Positions 23,567 to 33,293 are shown, counted from the stretch's first letter. The stretch: 64,000 bases of DNA from Anaeromyxobacteraceae bacterium (GCA_047602405.1 JASGHJ010000002.1:2784001-2848000), one strand, 5' to 3'. The notes: generated from the letters alone by a model not told the origin. Numbers and translations are program-made.

Positions 23567-26392
23567 TCACGGCCCGCACGAGAAGCCGGCCAGGTTGAGC
23601 GTGACCGCGCGGACGCTGCCCGTGTCGGTCGACACGAGGTCGCTCACGTTGAACGTCCAGGTACCGTCGGCGGTGGTGCCGACGAAGGCCGAGAGCGGCG
23701 ACGCCGGCTTGAACGTGCCGGTCCACGGCGCGCCGGACGAGGTGATGTTCTGGATCGAGGTCGCCCCCGCGTCGGAGAGGACCGTCTTGCAGAAGTTGTT
23801 GCCGCTGTTGCTCGTGCCACCCGGGCGCGAGAACAGGGTGACGGTCACGCCGGACGGCGAGGTGAGCTTCGCGACGAGGTCGCCCACCCAGGAGTGGTCG
23901 AGGCCGACGGTGGTCGAGCCCACGGCGGTCGAGCAGGTCGTGCCGTCGATCGAGAAGGTGAGGCCTCCCACGACCCCGACGCCGGAGACCGGGATCGCGA
24001 CGTTCACGCCGGCGGCGTTGTTGTCCGGGATCGCGGCGCGCGGGCCGGTGAAGGAGAACGCGGTCGCCGTGGCGGACGGCGCGCCGGTCTGCGCGGCGAC
24101 CGCGAAGGCCGCGGGGCTCGTGCCGTTCCCGCGGAACGCGACCGAGAGGTTGAACGAGAGCCGCTGCCCGCACGTCACGGACGGATCCACCGTGAAGGCG
24201 AACGGGGTCACGTTCGCGCCGGAGGCGCCGGAGGCGAGGTTCGGGTAGGCCGAGGTCCCGCCGGTGACGGTCACGCCCGGGGTGCCGCTCGTGAGCGCGC
24301 CGACGACGTTGCGGGCCTGCGCGCCACCCTCGTTGAGGAGGGTCACGGAGAGGGTCCCCGAGCCGCCCGGGTTGATGGCCGTGGCGCCGCCCCCGGGGGT
24401 GGCGGTGGTGGACTGGACCGCCAGGTGCACCGCGGGCTTCGCCCCGATGTTCTGGAGCGCCGTCTTCGCCTCGGGGATGCCCATGCCCGAGTCGCGGTCC
24501 CACCCGCCGGCCGCCTCGATGTCGATGGCGCTGTTGAGGAGCGCCTGGGTCACGTGCCAGCCGTCCTCGACCGGGTTGCCCTGCTTCACGAGGGCCGCGA
24601 GGCCGCCGATGTGCGGCGCGGCGGCGGAGGTGCCGAAGAACGGGTTGAGGCCCGAGCCCGAGGGCAGCGTGGTGCTCACCCCGTCGGCGCCTGCGAGGTC
24701 CGGCTTCCAGCGCCACTCCGGCTGGCCCTCGAGGTAGGTGGCCGCGGGGCCGATGAGGTTGCCGGAGCGGTCGTAGAAGATGGGCCGCGGGCCGTCGGCG
24801 CTGTAGAGCTCGACCTGGGTGGTCGGGCCGCCGACGAACTGGCCGGCGCCCGCCTGGGCGACGTCCACGGCGGCGGCGCTGATGGCGTCCTGCGCGGCGC
24901 TGTGACCGTACGTGGAGCCGTGCGTCGCGATGCCGTACTCGCCGGCGAAGATCACGGTGCGCAGCGCGCGGTCCGGCGCGCCGGCCTTCTTCGCGATGAC
25001 GACGCGGTACTCCGCGGGGACGTTGAACCCGAGGAACTCGAACGGCAGATCGTCGCCATCCTGGATGTCGGTCGCGGCGACCGCCACCGAGCGCAGGTCC
25101 GGGGTGAGGACGAAGATGTCGTAGTCACTCCCGGAGGCCGGGGCGTCGAGCGTGCCGGGGTCCGCCCAGTGCAGGATGATGGGACCGCCGCCGAGCTCGA
25201 TGCGGTTGGAGACGGCGCCGTTGCCGAAGTCGTGGACCTCGTAGCCGCTCGGGAGCGTGGCGAAGGTCCCGGCGGAGGTGAAGTCGCCCTCCCAGGTGCC
25301 GGAGGTGCCGTCGTTGAAGTTGCCCTGGTTGCCCGCGGAGGAGACGTAGACGGCGCCGTCGGCGGTCACGTCCGCCACGGCCTGGGCGATGATGTCGTCC
25401 TGATACGGCGACTCGAAGTAGTAGATGATGTCGTCGACGATGACGTCGCAGCCGTAGGTGAAGCGCAGCGCGCGGATGTTGTCGGCGAACGACTCCGGGC
25501 TGTTGAACGCCGTCGCGAAGAAGAGCTTCGCGCCCGGCGCGACGTCGTGGACGATCTCCATCATCGCCGTGCCCTCGCCGGAGCCGGGGCGGCCGTCCTG
25601 GCCCGGGATCGTCACGGTGTCGGCGGGGAGGTCGCCGGAGGCGATGGAGGCCTCCTTGAAGTCGTCGGAGTCGGAGAGGACGCCCACCTTCACCCCGGTG
25701 CCGTCCACGTCGTAGAACTTGCGGGCCGCGTCGGCGTTGTGCGCGTTCGACCCGGCCGAGGTGGCCGCGCCGGCGAAGGTCGTGGCGCCGCCGTCGCTGA
25801 CGGCCGCGGTCGACGAGCGCGGCGCGAAGGCCATCTCGCCCAGCGCCTTGCGGGTGGCCGCGAGCTGCTCGGCGCGCGTCACGTTGAAGGACGCCTTCAG
25901 GCCGGCGCTCGCGGGAGGGTCGTGCCGCGTGGTGGCGGCGAGGTAGGCCATCTTGACCGCCTGCACGCCGCGGAGGGAGGCGAGGTCCTCGAGGCGGCCG
26001 AGGTCGATCCAGACGCGGGCGCTGCGGTGCGACGGCAGGCGGTTCACGACCTTGCCGCCGAGCAGGGCCACGTCGACGTCGAGCTCGCCGCCGAGATCGC
26101 CCTTCAGGTCGACGAGCACGCGGTTCAGCTCGTCGCGCTGCTCCATGCTCTCGAGCCCGCCGCCCTTCACCTCGGCGCCGGGCAGGCCGTCGCGGAGGTA
26201 GAGGAGCTGCGAGGAGACCTTGAGCTGCGCGGGTGTGCGGGCCTGCTTCGCCGCGATGATCGCCTCCATCTGGGCGACGGCGTCCGGGTGCAGCGCCGGT
26301 CCTCCCGACGTCCGATCCTGCTGTGCGGGTCCGCGCGCGCAGCCGGCTACGGCGAGCGCGAACGTGAGTACGAGCCTGCTCCGATGGGCCAT
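23567..26392 (-). CDS. S8/S53-like serine peptidase lipoprotein with C-terminal proprotein-convertase P domain
   Basis: Lipobox VAGC; VGVLSDS, EGTAMMEIVHD, SAGN, FFGTSAAAPH; HSWVGDL..L.SPSG..GTWTF.V.D..DTG P-domain. Confidence 0.88.
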   Translation of the reverse strand: MAHRSRLVLTFALAVAGCARGPAQQDRTSGGPALHPDAVAQMEAIIAAKQARTPAQLKVSSQLLYLRDGLPGAEVKGGGLESMEQRDELNRVLVDLKGDLGGELDVDVALLGGKVVNRLPSHRSARVWIDLGRLEDLASLRGVQAVKMAYLAATTRHDPPASAGLKASFNVTRAEQLAATRKALGEMAFAPRSSTAAVSDGGATTFAGAATSAGSNAHNADAARKFYDVDGTGVKVGVLSDSDDFKEASIASGDLPADTVTIPGQDGRPGSGEGTAMMEIVHDVAPGAKLFFATAFNSPESFADNIRALRFTYGCDVIVDDIIYYFESPYQDDIIAQAVADVTADGAVYVSSAGNQGNFNDGTSGTWEGDFTSAGTFATLPSGYEVHDFGNGAVSNRIELGGGPIILHWADPGTLDAPASGSDYDIFVLTPDLRSVAVAATDIQDGDDLPFEFLGFNVPAEYRVVIAKKAGAPDRALRTVIFAGEYGIATHGSTYGHSAAQDAISAAAVDVAQAGAGQFVGGPTTQVELYSADGPRPIFYDRSGNLIGPAATYLEGQPEWRWKPDLAGADGVSTTLPSGSGLNPFFGTSAAAPHIGGLAALVKQGNPVEDGWHVTQALLNSAIDIEAAGGWDRDSGMGIPEAKTALQNIGAKPAVHLAVQSTTATPGGGATAINPGGSGTLSVTLLNEGGAQARNVVGALTSGTPGVTVTGGTSAYPNLASGASGANVTPFAFTVDPSVTCGQRLSFNLSVAFRGNGTSPAAFAVAAQTGAPSATATAFSFTGPRAAIPDNNAAGVNVAIPVSGVGVVGGLTFSIDGTTCSTAVGSTTVGLDHSWVGDLVAKLTSPSGVTVTLFSRPGGTSNSGNNFCKTVLSDAGATSIQNITSSGAPWTGTFKPASPLSAFVGTTADGTWTFNVSDLVSTDTGSVRAVTLNLAGFSCGP

Positions 26393-26665
26393 GGAGTTTC
26401 CCCTTCCCCGAGGCGACGAACGCGCCAGGGACGCGTTTCGCGCTGAGTGAGAACGGGCACGTATCAGGCGCTTGCCAGGTCGACAGGTCCCCGGCGGGGC
26501 GCAGGTGTACGATTTCGTGCACCCCGGGGGTGGCGTTCCTCGTCACACCTTCAGGGCACGAGCGGGCGAAACCGCAGGAGCGGGGAGAACCGCGCGACCC
26601 CGGCGGGTTCACGCAGCGCGAAAACGGCCGGCGACGGACCGGACGGCCCGGGCTGCCGCGGCGCG

Positions 26666-28285
26666 CTACTGCAGCGTGTCGAGGATCGAGCGGACCTTCG
26701 CGGCGTCCGGCGGGTTCGTCGCGAGGTAGCGCGTGTAGTGCGTCCGCGCCTTCCTCGTGTCGCCCTTCAGCTGGTAGCAGAGGCCGAGGCGCTTCTGGAC
26801 GTCGGCGAGGCCGGGATCGGCGGCCTCGGCCGCGAGGTAGAGCTTGATGGCGCCGTCCATGTCCATCTCTCCGCGCTTCGCCTCGGCGCGCCTGTAGAAC
26901 GCGAGCGCCTTCGCCGGATCGGTTCCCTTCGGCGAGACCTTCGTCGGGCCGGGCACCGGCGCCGGGTCGGCCTTCGGAGGATCGGCGGGCACCTGCTGCG
27001 CCACCGGCTCCACCTTCGGCGGATCGGCGGGCGGCGGCTGCACCGGCTGGGGCGGCGGCTGGACCGGCTGGGCGGGCGGCGTCACCTGCGCCTGCTGCGG
27101 CGAGATGGAGTCCGGGTGGCCCTGGCGGTCCGAGACCTCCTTCCGCGTCATCATCACGACGGCGCCGCCGCCCACGACCGCGAGCAGCACGATCGCGCCG
27201 ACGATCACCGGGACCTTGCTCTTCACGGCGGGCGCGTCGGCGTGCGTGGGCGCCGGGGCGGCCGCCGGGGCCGGAGCCTTCGTCGCCGGGGCGGTCGCCG
27301 CCATCTGCACCGCGGTCTGGCGCGCCGGCTCCTTCGCGCCCTTCGCGGCGGCGACGAGCGCGTTGCTCATCTCCTCGGCCGACTGGAAGCGCTTCCCCGG
27401 ATCCTTGTCGAGCGCGCGGGAGATGACGCCCTCGAGCGCGGGGGAGATCTGGAGGTCCGGCCGGCGGGTGCGCACCGGCACCGGCGCTTGCGAGAGGTGC
27501 GCCGTCAGGTAGCCGACCGGCGTGTCGGAGGTGAACGGCAGATCGCCGGTCGCCATCTGGTAGAGGATGACGCCCATCGAGTAGAGGTCGCTGCGCGCGT
27601 CGAGCTCGGCGCCCTTCGCCTGCTCGGGGCTCATGTACTCCGGCGTGCCGCACACGAGGCCGGCCTGGGTGAGCTTCGGCTCGTTCGCGCCGGGCGAGAT
27701 GATCTTCGCGATGCCGAAGTCGAGCACCTTCACGTGATCGGGCTGGTCGCGCCGGGGCTCGACCATCACGTTCTCGGGCTTGAGGTCGCGGTGGATCACG
27801 CCCTGCGCGTGCGCCTCGGCGAGCGCGGAGAGGATCTGCGCGCCGATGCGGGCGATGCGCGCGTCGCCGAGCGGGAAGTCCTCGGCGATGACGCGGGCGA
27901 GGTCGCGGCCGCCCAGGAACTCCATCGCCATGAAGAGCGTGCCGTCCTCGGCGTTACCGAAGTCGAGCACCGCGATGGAGTTGGGGTGGTTGAGCTTCGA
28001 GGCCGCGCGCGCCTCGCGCTGGAAGCGCTGCACGATCTGCGGATCGTCGGAGTACGCCTGGTGGAGCATCTTCAGCACGACCGGCCGGTCCAGCGTCAGG
28101 TGGCGGGCGCGGTACACCCGGCCCATGCCGCCCTGGCCGAGGAGGGCCTCGACGCGGAACTTGCCGTTGACGGTCCGCCCGATGAACGGGTCCGGCGCCT
28201 CCTCGGGGGCGACGGCCGCGCCGCAGAACGGGCAGAAGCGGCTGTCGTCTTCGATGGACTGGCGGCACTCGGGGCAGGCGCGCAT
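26666..28285 (-). CDS. Membrane Ser/Thr protein kinase (N-terminal zinc ribbon, TM helix, C-terminal TPR)
   Basis: CPEC..CPFC; GQGGMG, HRDLKPEN, DFG, GTPEYMSPE; TM VIVGAIVLLAVV; TPR-like tail. Confidence 0.95.
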   Translation of the reverse strand: MRACPECRQSIEDDSRFCPFCGAAVAPEEAPDPFIGRTVNGKFRVEALLGQGGMGRVYRARHLTLDRPVVLKMLHQAYSDDPQIVQRFQREARAASKLNHPNSIAVLDFGNAEDGTLFMAMEFLGGRDLARVIAEDFPLGDARIARIGAQILSALAEAHAQGVIHRDLKPENVMVEPRRDQPDHVKVLDFGIAKIISPGANEPKLTQAGLVCGTPEYMSPEQAKGAELDARSDLYSMGVILYQMATGDLPFTSDTPVGYLTAHLSQAPVPVRTRRPDLQISPALEGVISRALDKDPGKRFQSAEEMSNALVAAAKGAKEPARQTAVQMAATAPATKAPAPAAAPAPTHADAPAVKSKVPVIVGAIVLLAVVGGGAVVMMTRKEVSDRQGHPDSISPQQAQVTPPAQPVQPPPQPVQPPPADPPKVEPVAQQVPADPPKADPAPVPGPTKVSPKGTDPAKALAFYRRAEAKRGEMDMDGAIKLYLAAEAADPGLADVQKRLGLCYQLKGDTRKARTHYTRYLATNPPDAAKVRSILDTLQ

Positions 28286-28356
28286 GGCCGCATCTTAGCG
28301 AGACCTCGGGGAAAGTGCGCGCCTGCCGGGTGGCCAGGGGCCGGCCGGAATCCGGT

Positions 28357-28385
28357 TTGACCGCCGGGGCGGGCCGTGGCGAAAT
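28357..28385 (+). promoter_or_regulatory. Possible sigma70-type promoter for FHA gene
   Basis: TTGACC - 17 nt (ending TGG) - CGAAAT, 8 nt before ATG. Confidence 0.45.
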
Positions 28386-28393
28386 GCGGGACC

Positions 28394-29353
28394 ATGGCGA
28401 GCAGCACGAGGTGCCCGCGGTGCGGCCGCGAGAACGAGGCGACGTTCGCGTTCTGCCTGGACTGCGGCCAGTCGCTGCGGCCGGCCTCTCCCCCGACCGA
28501 GGCCCTCTGCACGAAGTGTGGGCAGCCTCTCCAGCCGGGCTTCAAGTTCTGCGGCCACTGCGGCAGCCCCGTCCAGTCCGCCCCGGCGCCGGCGGCGTCC
28601 CCCGCCCCGCCCGCACCTCCCCCGCGACAGGCCACGGGCACCGGCGTCCACGGCGCTCCCGCCCCGGAGGCGCCCGCGCCGGCGCCGGCCGCGGCCGCGG
28701 CGCCGAACGCGAGCGCTGGCGGCACCCAGGTGCGCCTGTCCGCGGTCCGCCACGACGGCCTGCCGGGGGCGGTCTACCTCCTCGATCGGGCGGAGACGGT
28801 CTGCGGCCGGATCGACGGCGACATCCGCATCGCCGAGGACGCCACCATCTCGCCCAGGCACGCCCGCTTCTCCCTGCGTGGAGGGGCGCTCTCGGTCGAG
28901 GACCTCGGGAGCGTCAACGGCACCTTCATCCGGATCCGCTCCGCCCGCCGGCTCTCGGTGGGCGACGAGTTCCGCATCGGTCGCCAGCTCCTCCGGGTCG
29001 AGCCGCTCGTGCGGCCGCCCCCGCCGGTCGACGGCGCGGCGAGGCCCTGGGGGACGCCGGACTCCGGCTTCCGCTACCGGCTCTCGCAGCTGCTCGAGGG
29101 CGGCGGGCTCGGCGAGGTGTTCCCGCTCAAGGAGGGCGAGAACGCCATCGGCCGCGAGGCGGGCGACGTGACCTTCCCGAACGACCGCTACGTGTCGGCG
29201 CGCCACGCCCGGCTCGACGTGAAGCCGGACGGCATCACGCTGACCGACGTGGGCAGCTCGAACGGCACGTTCGTGAAGGTGGCCGGCTCGATCGAGCTCG
29301 GCAACGGCGATCAGCTGCTCGTGGGCGGGCAGCTGCTGCGGGTCGACGCGTAG
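28394..29353 (+). CDS. Double zinc-ribbon plus tandem-FHA domain protein
   Basis: CPRC..CLDC..CTKC..CGHC; two FHA domains (GR..SPRHA..SVNGT; GR..SARHA..SSNGT). Confidence 0.9.
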   Translation: MASSTRCPRCGRENEATFAFCLDCGQSLRPASPPTEALCTKCGQPLQPGFKFCGHCGSPVQSAPAPAASPAPPAPPPRQATGTGVHGAPAPEAPAPAPAAAAAPNASAGGTQVRLSAVRHDGLPGAVYLLDRAETVCGRIDGDIRIAEDATISPRHARFSLRGGALSVEDLGSVNGTFIRIRSARRLSVGDEFRIGRQLLRVEPLVRPPPPVDGAARPWGTPDSGFRYRLSQLLEGGGLGEVFPLKEGENAIGREAGDVTFPNDRYVSARHARLDVKPDGITLTDVGSSNGTFVKVAGSIELGNGDQLLVGGQLLRVDA

Positions 29354-29716
29354 CTACCCGAACGACTTCTCCTTCTGCTCCTGCTCTTCCTTGCAGCGGA
29401 TGCAGAGGGTGGTGACCGGCCGCGCCTCGAGGCGCTTCGCCGAGATCTCCTCCTCGCACTTCTCGCAGATGCCGAAGGTCCCGCTCTCGATGCGGGCGAG
29501 GGCCTTGTCGATCTTGGCGAGGAGGAACTTCTCGCGGTCGCGCAGGCGGAAGATCATCGACTGCGAGTACTCGCTGGACGCGAGGTCGATCTCGTCGGGC
29601 AGATCGTCGGTGTCGAAGCTCGACTCCTCCGTCAGCGTCTTCTTCGCCGACATGAGGAGCTGCTTCTTCGACTCCTCGAGCATCGTCTTGAACTTCTTCA
29701 TGTCCTTCTTGTTCAA
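29354..29716 (-). CDS. dksA: RNA polymerase-binding protein DksA
   Basis: DEIDLA coiled-coil tip, CEKC..RLEARP..CIRC zinc finger. Confidence 0.92.
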   Translation of the reverse strand: MNKKDMKKFKTMLEESKKQLLMSAKKTLTEESSFDTDDLPDEIDLASSEYSQSMIFRLRDREKFLLAKIDKALARIESGTFGICEKCEEEISAKRLEARPVTTLCIRCKEEQEQKEKSFG

Positions 29717-29769
29717 GCGAACCTCGCTGACCCGCGCCAGGGGGGATATCGGCCCGAAAAAGGAGGAGG

Positions 29770-29799
29770 AAGCTAGTCTTCACGCCCCCCCGGTGTCAA
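29770..29799 (-). promoter_or_regulatory. Sigma70-type promoter of dksA
   Basis: TTGACA (29794-29799) - 18 nt - TAGCTT (29770-29775). Confidence 0.55.
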
Positions 29800-29884
29800 G
29801 CCGACCCCGCCACACATCGAAGCGCCGAGAAGCCACGTGGTCCCGAACCTTTACAGGGTCGCCACCTCGGCGGAGACTCGCGCC

Positions 29885-30769
29885 ATGCCCGAGGGCAAGT
29901 TCGACCGTGAGTTCCTGAGGGGCGCGCTGGTGCTCACCGGCCGCTCGGACGTGGACCGGCTCCTGCTCGTGTCCGACCAGCCGCTGTCCCCGAGCGAGAT
30001 CCGCGGCCGCCCGATCAAGAAGAAGCTCGTCTACGCGGTCACCGCCGAGGCGATCGCGAAGGAGCTCCGCGCGAAGAAGTACAACGCGGTGCTCATCCCG
30101 CCGTACGACTACACCCGCATCGAGAAGATCAAGGTCGCGGTCGTCGCGGCCCAGTCGGCCGGGCTGCTGCGCGACGGCGACACGGTCCTCGCGCTCTCCG
30201 GCCCGGGCCAGGACAAGGTGGTCGACACGCTCGTGAAGGTGGAGATCGGCTCGGAGGACCCGGAGGAGAAGATCCGGGTCGACACGCTCGGGCTGCCGCC
30301 GGAGTTCTCGTCGCAGGTGGTCGAGAGCCTCATCCACACCGCGATGGAGATCGGCGCGGAGGGCTACGAGGGCAACCCGGTCGGCACCATCATCGTGGTC
30401 GGCGACGCCACCGCGGTGATGGAGAAGAGCCGCCAGCTCATCCTCAACCCGTTCCAGGGCATCAGCGAGGCGGAGCGCAACGCGCTCGACCCGCCGATCC
30501 GCGAGGCGGTGAAGACCTTCTCCGCCCTCGACGGCGCGTTCGTCATCCGGGAGGACGGCGTCGTGCTCGCCGCCGGCCGCTACCTCCTCACCATGTCACG
30601 GGACGTGAAGCTGCCGATGGGCCTCGGCGCCCGCCACTCCGCGGCCGCCTCCATCACCGCAGAGTCGAAGTGCGTCGCGGTCACCGTCTCCCAGACCACC
30701 GGCACGGTGCGGGTGTTCCGGGAGGGCGGAATCGTCCTCGAGCTGCGCCAGCGGCTCCGCCGCGTGTGA
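29885..30769 (+). CDS. Diadenylate cyclase (DAC/DisA_N domain), DacZ-like architecture
   Basis: EGYEGNPVGT, LDGAFVI, GLGARHSAAA, VSQTTGTV; soluble N-terminal domain, no TM. Confidence 0.85.
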   Translation: MPEGKFDREFLRGALVLTGRSDVDRLLLVSDQPLSPSEIRGRPIKKKLVYAVTAEAIAKELRAKKYNAVLIPPYDYTRIEKIKVAVVAAQSAGLLRDGDTVLALSGPGQDKVVDTLVKVEIGSEDPEEKIRVDTLGLPPEFSSQVVESLIHTAMEIGAEGYEGNPVGTIIVVGDATAVMEKSRQLILNPFQGISEAERNALDPPIREAVKTFSALDGAFVIREDGVVLAAGRYLLTMSRDVKLPMGLGARHSAAASITAESKCVAVTVSQTTGTVRVFREGGIVLELRQRLRRV

Positions 30770-32292
30770 CCGTGCCCGCCCCGAAGGACGCCACCTCCCC
30801 CGGGCGCGGGCCCGCCGCGGCCACCCCGGACCCCCGGCTGGATCGGATCGCCCTCGGCCTCGTCGCGCTGGCGACCGCGTTCCACGTCGTCTACGCGGGC
30901 CTCCTCGCGCTCTCGCCGCAGGAGGCCTACTACTGGACCTGGTCGCGCGACCTCTCGCTCTCGTACTTCGACCACCCGCCGCTCGCGGCCTGGACCATCC
31001 GCGCGTTCACGACGGTCTTCGGCGACTCCGAGCGGGCCATCCGGCTCGCCGCCGCGTTCCACTCGACGGTCTTCGCGGTGTTCCTCTGGCTCTCGACGCG
31101 GCGCCTGTTCGGCTCGCGCGCCGCGCTGGTGGCGCTCGCCGGCGGGCTCTCGGTGCCGCTCTTCGCGCTCGGGCAGGTCGTCATCACGCCCGACGGGCCG
31201 CTCCTCTCCGGCTGGGCGATGGCGCTCTACTTCACGGTGCGCGCGCTCGACGACGAGGAGCCGCGCTGGCTCGTCCTCGCGGGCGCCGCGGCCGGGTGGG
31301 CCATGCTCGGGAAGTACACGGGCGGCCTGCTCCTGCCGCAGGTCCTCGCGGTGCTCCTCCTCGACGCGCGCGGCCGCCGCATGCTCGCGACGCCGTGGCC
31401 CTGGCTCGGCGCCGTGCTCGCCCTCGCGCTCTTCTCGCCCGTGGTGCTCTGGAACGCCCGGCACGGCTGGGCGAGCTTCGGCTTCCAGACGACCGAGCGG
31501 GCGCACGCCTCGCACTTCCGGCCGGTGCTCGTCGGGCGGTTCCTCGGGCTGCAGGCCGGGCTCGTGACGCCGGTCATGCTGGTCCTGCTCGTCGAGGCCG
31601 TGGTGCAGGCGTTCCGGCGCCGGGCCGACGACGCCTTCCGGCTCTGCCTCGTCTTCGCCGCGCCGCTCATGCTCATCGCGGCGGTCGTCTCGCCGGTGCA
31701 CTGGGTGAAGGGCAACTGGCTCGCGCCGGCCTACCCGGCCGCGCTCGCCGCGGCCGCGGCGCTGTTCCTCGAGGGCGGCTGGCGGCGGAGGGCCGGCCTC
31801 GCCGCGCTCGCGGTCGCCCTCCTCGGCGGCGTGTACGTGCACCTCGTGCCGCTCGTCCCGGCGGTGCCGTTCCCGGCGCGCGACGAGGGCTCGGCCGGCT
31901 GGCGAGAGCTCGCGGCGCGGGTGGAGGCGGAGCGCGCGGCGCTCCCCGCCGACGCGTTCGTCGCCGGCTGCAACTACAAGGTCTCCGCCGAGCTCGGCTA
32001 CTACCTCGCCGGCCGGCCGCGCACGTGGTCGAGCGAGATCGCGGGCGACCACGGGCTCCAGTACCGGTACGGGTTCGAGCCGGCGGAGCTCGCCGGGCGC
32101 ACCGGGCTCGTCGTCCGGGACCTGCGCGAGAAGGATACCTGCAGGCGCCTCGCGGAGGCGTGCACGGTCCTCGCGCCGCTCCCCTCGCTCGTCCCGCTCC
32201 GCGGGCAGGCGCCGGTGACGACCTTCGAGCTGTACCGCTGCGAGGGCTACCGGGGGCCGCCCCCGCGGGCCGGCGCGGCGAAGCCGGACTGA
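30766..32292 (+). CDS. ArnT/PMT-family membrane glycosyltransferase
   Basis: EAYYWTW..YFDHPP, TPDGPL, GKY, many TM helices; GTGA overlap with DAC gene. Confidence 0.88.
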   Translation: MTVPAPKDATSPGRGPAAATPDPRLDRIALGLVALATAFHVVYAGLLALSPQEAYYWTWSRDLSLSYFDHPPLAAWTIRAFTTVFGDSERAIRLAAAFHSTVFAVFLWLSTRRLFGSRAALVALAGGLSVPLFALGQVVITPDGPLLSGWAMALYFTVRALDDEEPRWLVLAGAAAGWAMLGKYTGGLLLPQVLAVLLLDARGRRMLATPWPWLGAVLALALFSPVVLWNARHGWASFGFQTTERAHASHFRPVLVGRFLGLQAGLVTPVMLVLLVEAVVQAFRRRADDAFRLCLVFAAPLMLIAAVVSPVHWVKGNWLAPAYPAALAAAAALFLEGGWRRRAGLAALAVALLGGVYVHLVPLVPAVPFPARDEGSAGWRELAARVEAERAALPADAFVAGCNYKVSAELGYYLAGRPRTWSSEIAGDHGLQYRYGFEPAELAGRTGLVVRDLREKDTCRRLAEACTVLAPLPSLVPLRGQAPVTTFELYRCEGYRGPPPRAGAAKPD

Positions 32293-32313
32293 GCCACCGC
32301 CGGCGCTCCGGGC

Positions 32314-33213
32314 CTACCGACGACGGCCGCGCCCGCGCCCGCACGCCTCGACGAGCGGGCAGGCGGCGCAGCGCTCGGGCGAGCGGCGGGCCGGGCACTG
32401 GCCGCTCATGCCGAGGTGGCAGAGGGCGAAGTCGAACCGCACCGGGTCGTCGGGGTCGAGGCGCCGGAGCCCGCGGGTGATCTCCTCGGCGGTGCGCCAG
32501 GAGGCGTCGTTCCGGCGCGTGAGGCCGAGGCAGCGCGAGACGCGGTGCACGTGCGTGTCGAGCGGGACCACCAGCGCCGCGCGCGGCACGCCGGCGTCGC
32601 GCCAGGCCCCGAGGTCGACGGCGTCCGGGCCGCGGATCATCCAGCGCAGGTAGAGGTTCCAGCGCTTGGACGCGCCGGGGCCGGAGGGATCCGGGAGGAG
32701 GTGCCGCAGGCCCCGGCGGGGCCGGCGGGCGGCGGCGAGGATCGCGGAGACCTGCGGCGCGTCCCGGAGCTCCGCGGCGAACGCCGCGAGGGCCGGGCGG
32801 AGCGCCCCGGGGCCGCCGCCGTGCGCCCGGAACAGCGCGGCGAAGCGCGCGCCCAGGGAGCCGTGGCGGAGCCGCTGCTCGCCGATCGCGGCCGCGAGCG
32901 CGGCGAGGTCGGGGGGCCGGTTGAAGCGGTAGAGGAAGCCGTCGAACGCCCGGCGGTCCGGGGTCCGGGCGAAGGACTCGGTGAACGCGGCCGGCGAGGG
33001 TCCCATCCGCTCGAGGACACCGGCGACGATGGGCTTGAACACGTCCGCGCGGCCGTAGGCGAGCGAGACCGCGACGAGCGCCGCGACCTCCTGGTCGTCG
33101 GCGCTCGCATAGCGGCGGGGAAGCTCGACCGGGTCCGCGGCGAGCCGCGCGGACCGGTCGAGCGTCGCGTCCAGGCGGTCGAGGAGGGGGCGGAGCGCGG
33201 CGATCGGACTCAA
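32314..33213 (-). CDS. TIGR02757/DUF2400 family protein
   Basis: ADPVELP, LAYGR, SKRWNLYLRWMIR, VPLDTHV, DPVRFDFAL, Cys-rich tail; TTG start inferred. Confidence 0.85.
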   Translation of the reverse strand: MSPIAALRPLLDRLDATLDRSARLAADPVELPRRYASADDQEVAALVAVSLAYGRADVFKPIVAGVLERMGPSPAAFTESFARTPDRRAFDGFLYRFNRPPDLAALAAAIGEQRLRHGSLGARFAALFRAHGGGPGALRPALAAFAAELRDAPQVSAILAAARRPRRGLRHLLPDPSGPGASKRWNLYLRWMIRGPDAVDLGAWRDAGVPRAALVVPLDTHVHRVSRCLGLTRRNDASWRTAEEITRGLRRLDPDDPVRFDFALCHLGMSGQCPARRSPERCAACPLVEACGRGRGRRR

Positions 33214-33220
33214 CGGTCCG

Positions 33221-33263
33221 CCCCCCTCACCCTTTTCCCCCCGGCGCCGCCGGGGAGAGGGGG
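33221..33263. repeat. Intergenic REP-like hairpin (CCCTCACCC..CCCC..GGGGAGAGGG type), single copy in window
   Basis: Imperfect inverted repeat between co-oriented genes. Confidence 0.4.
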
Positions 33264-33293
33264 CGATGGGGCTCCGGACGGAGGAGGCCAACC

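Noticed and set aside
26400..26660. Riboswitch or sigma54 promoter upstream of the second S8 protease
   Set aside because: GGGCGAAACC resembles c-di-GMP-I only loosely and is on the wrong strand; TGGCAA lacks the GC at -12
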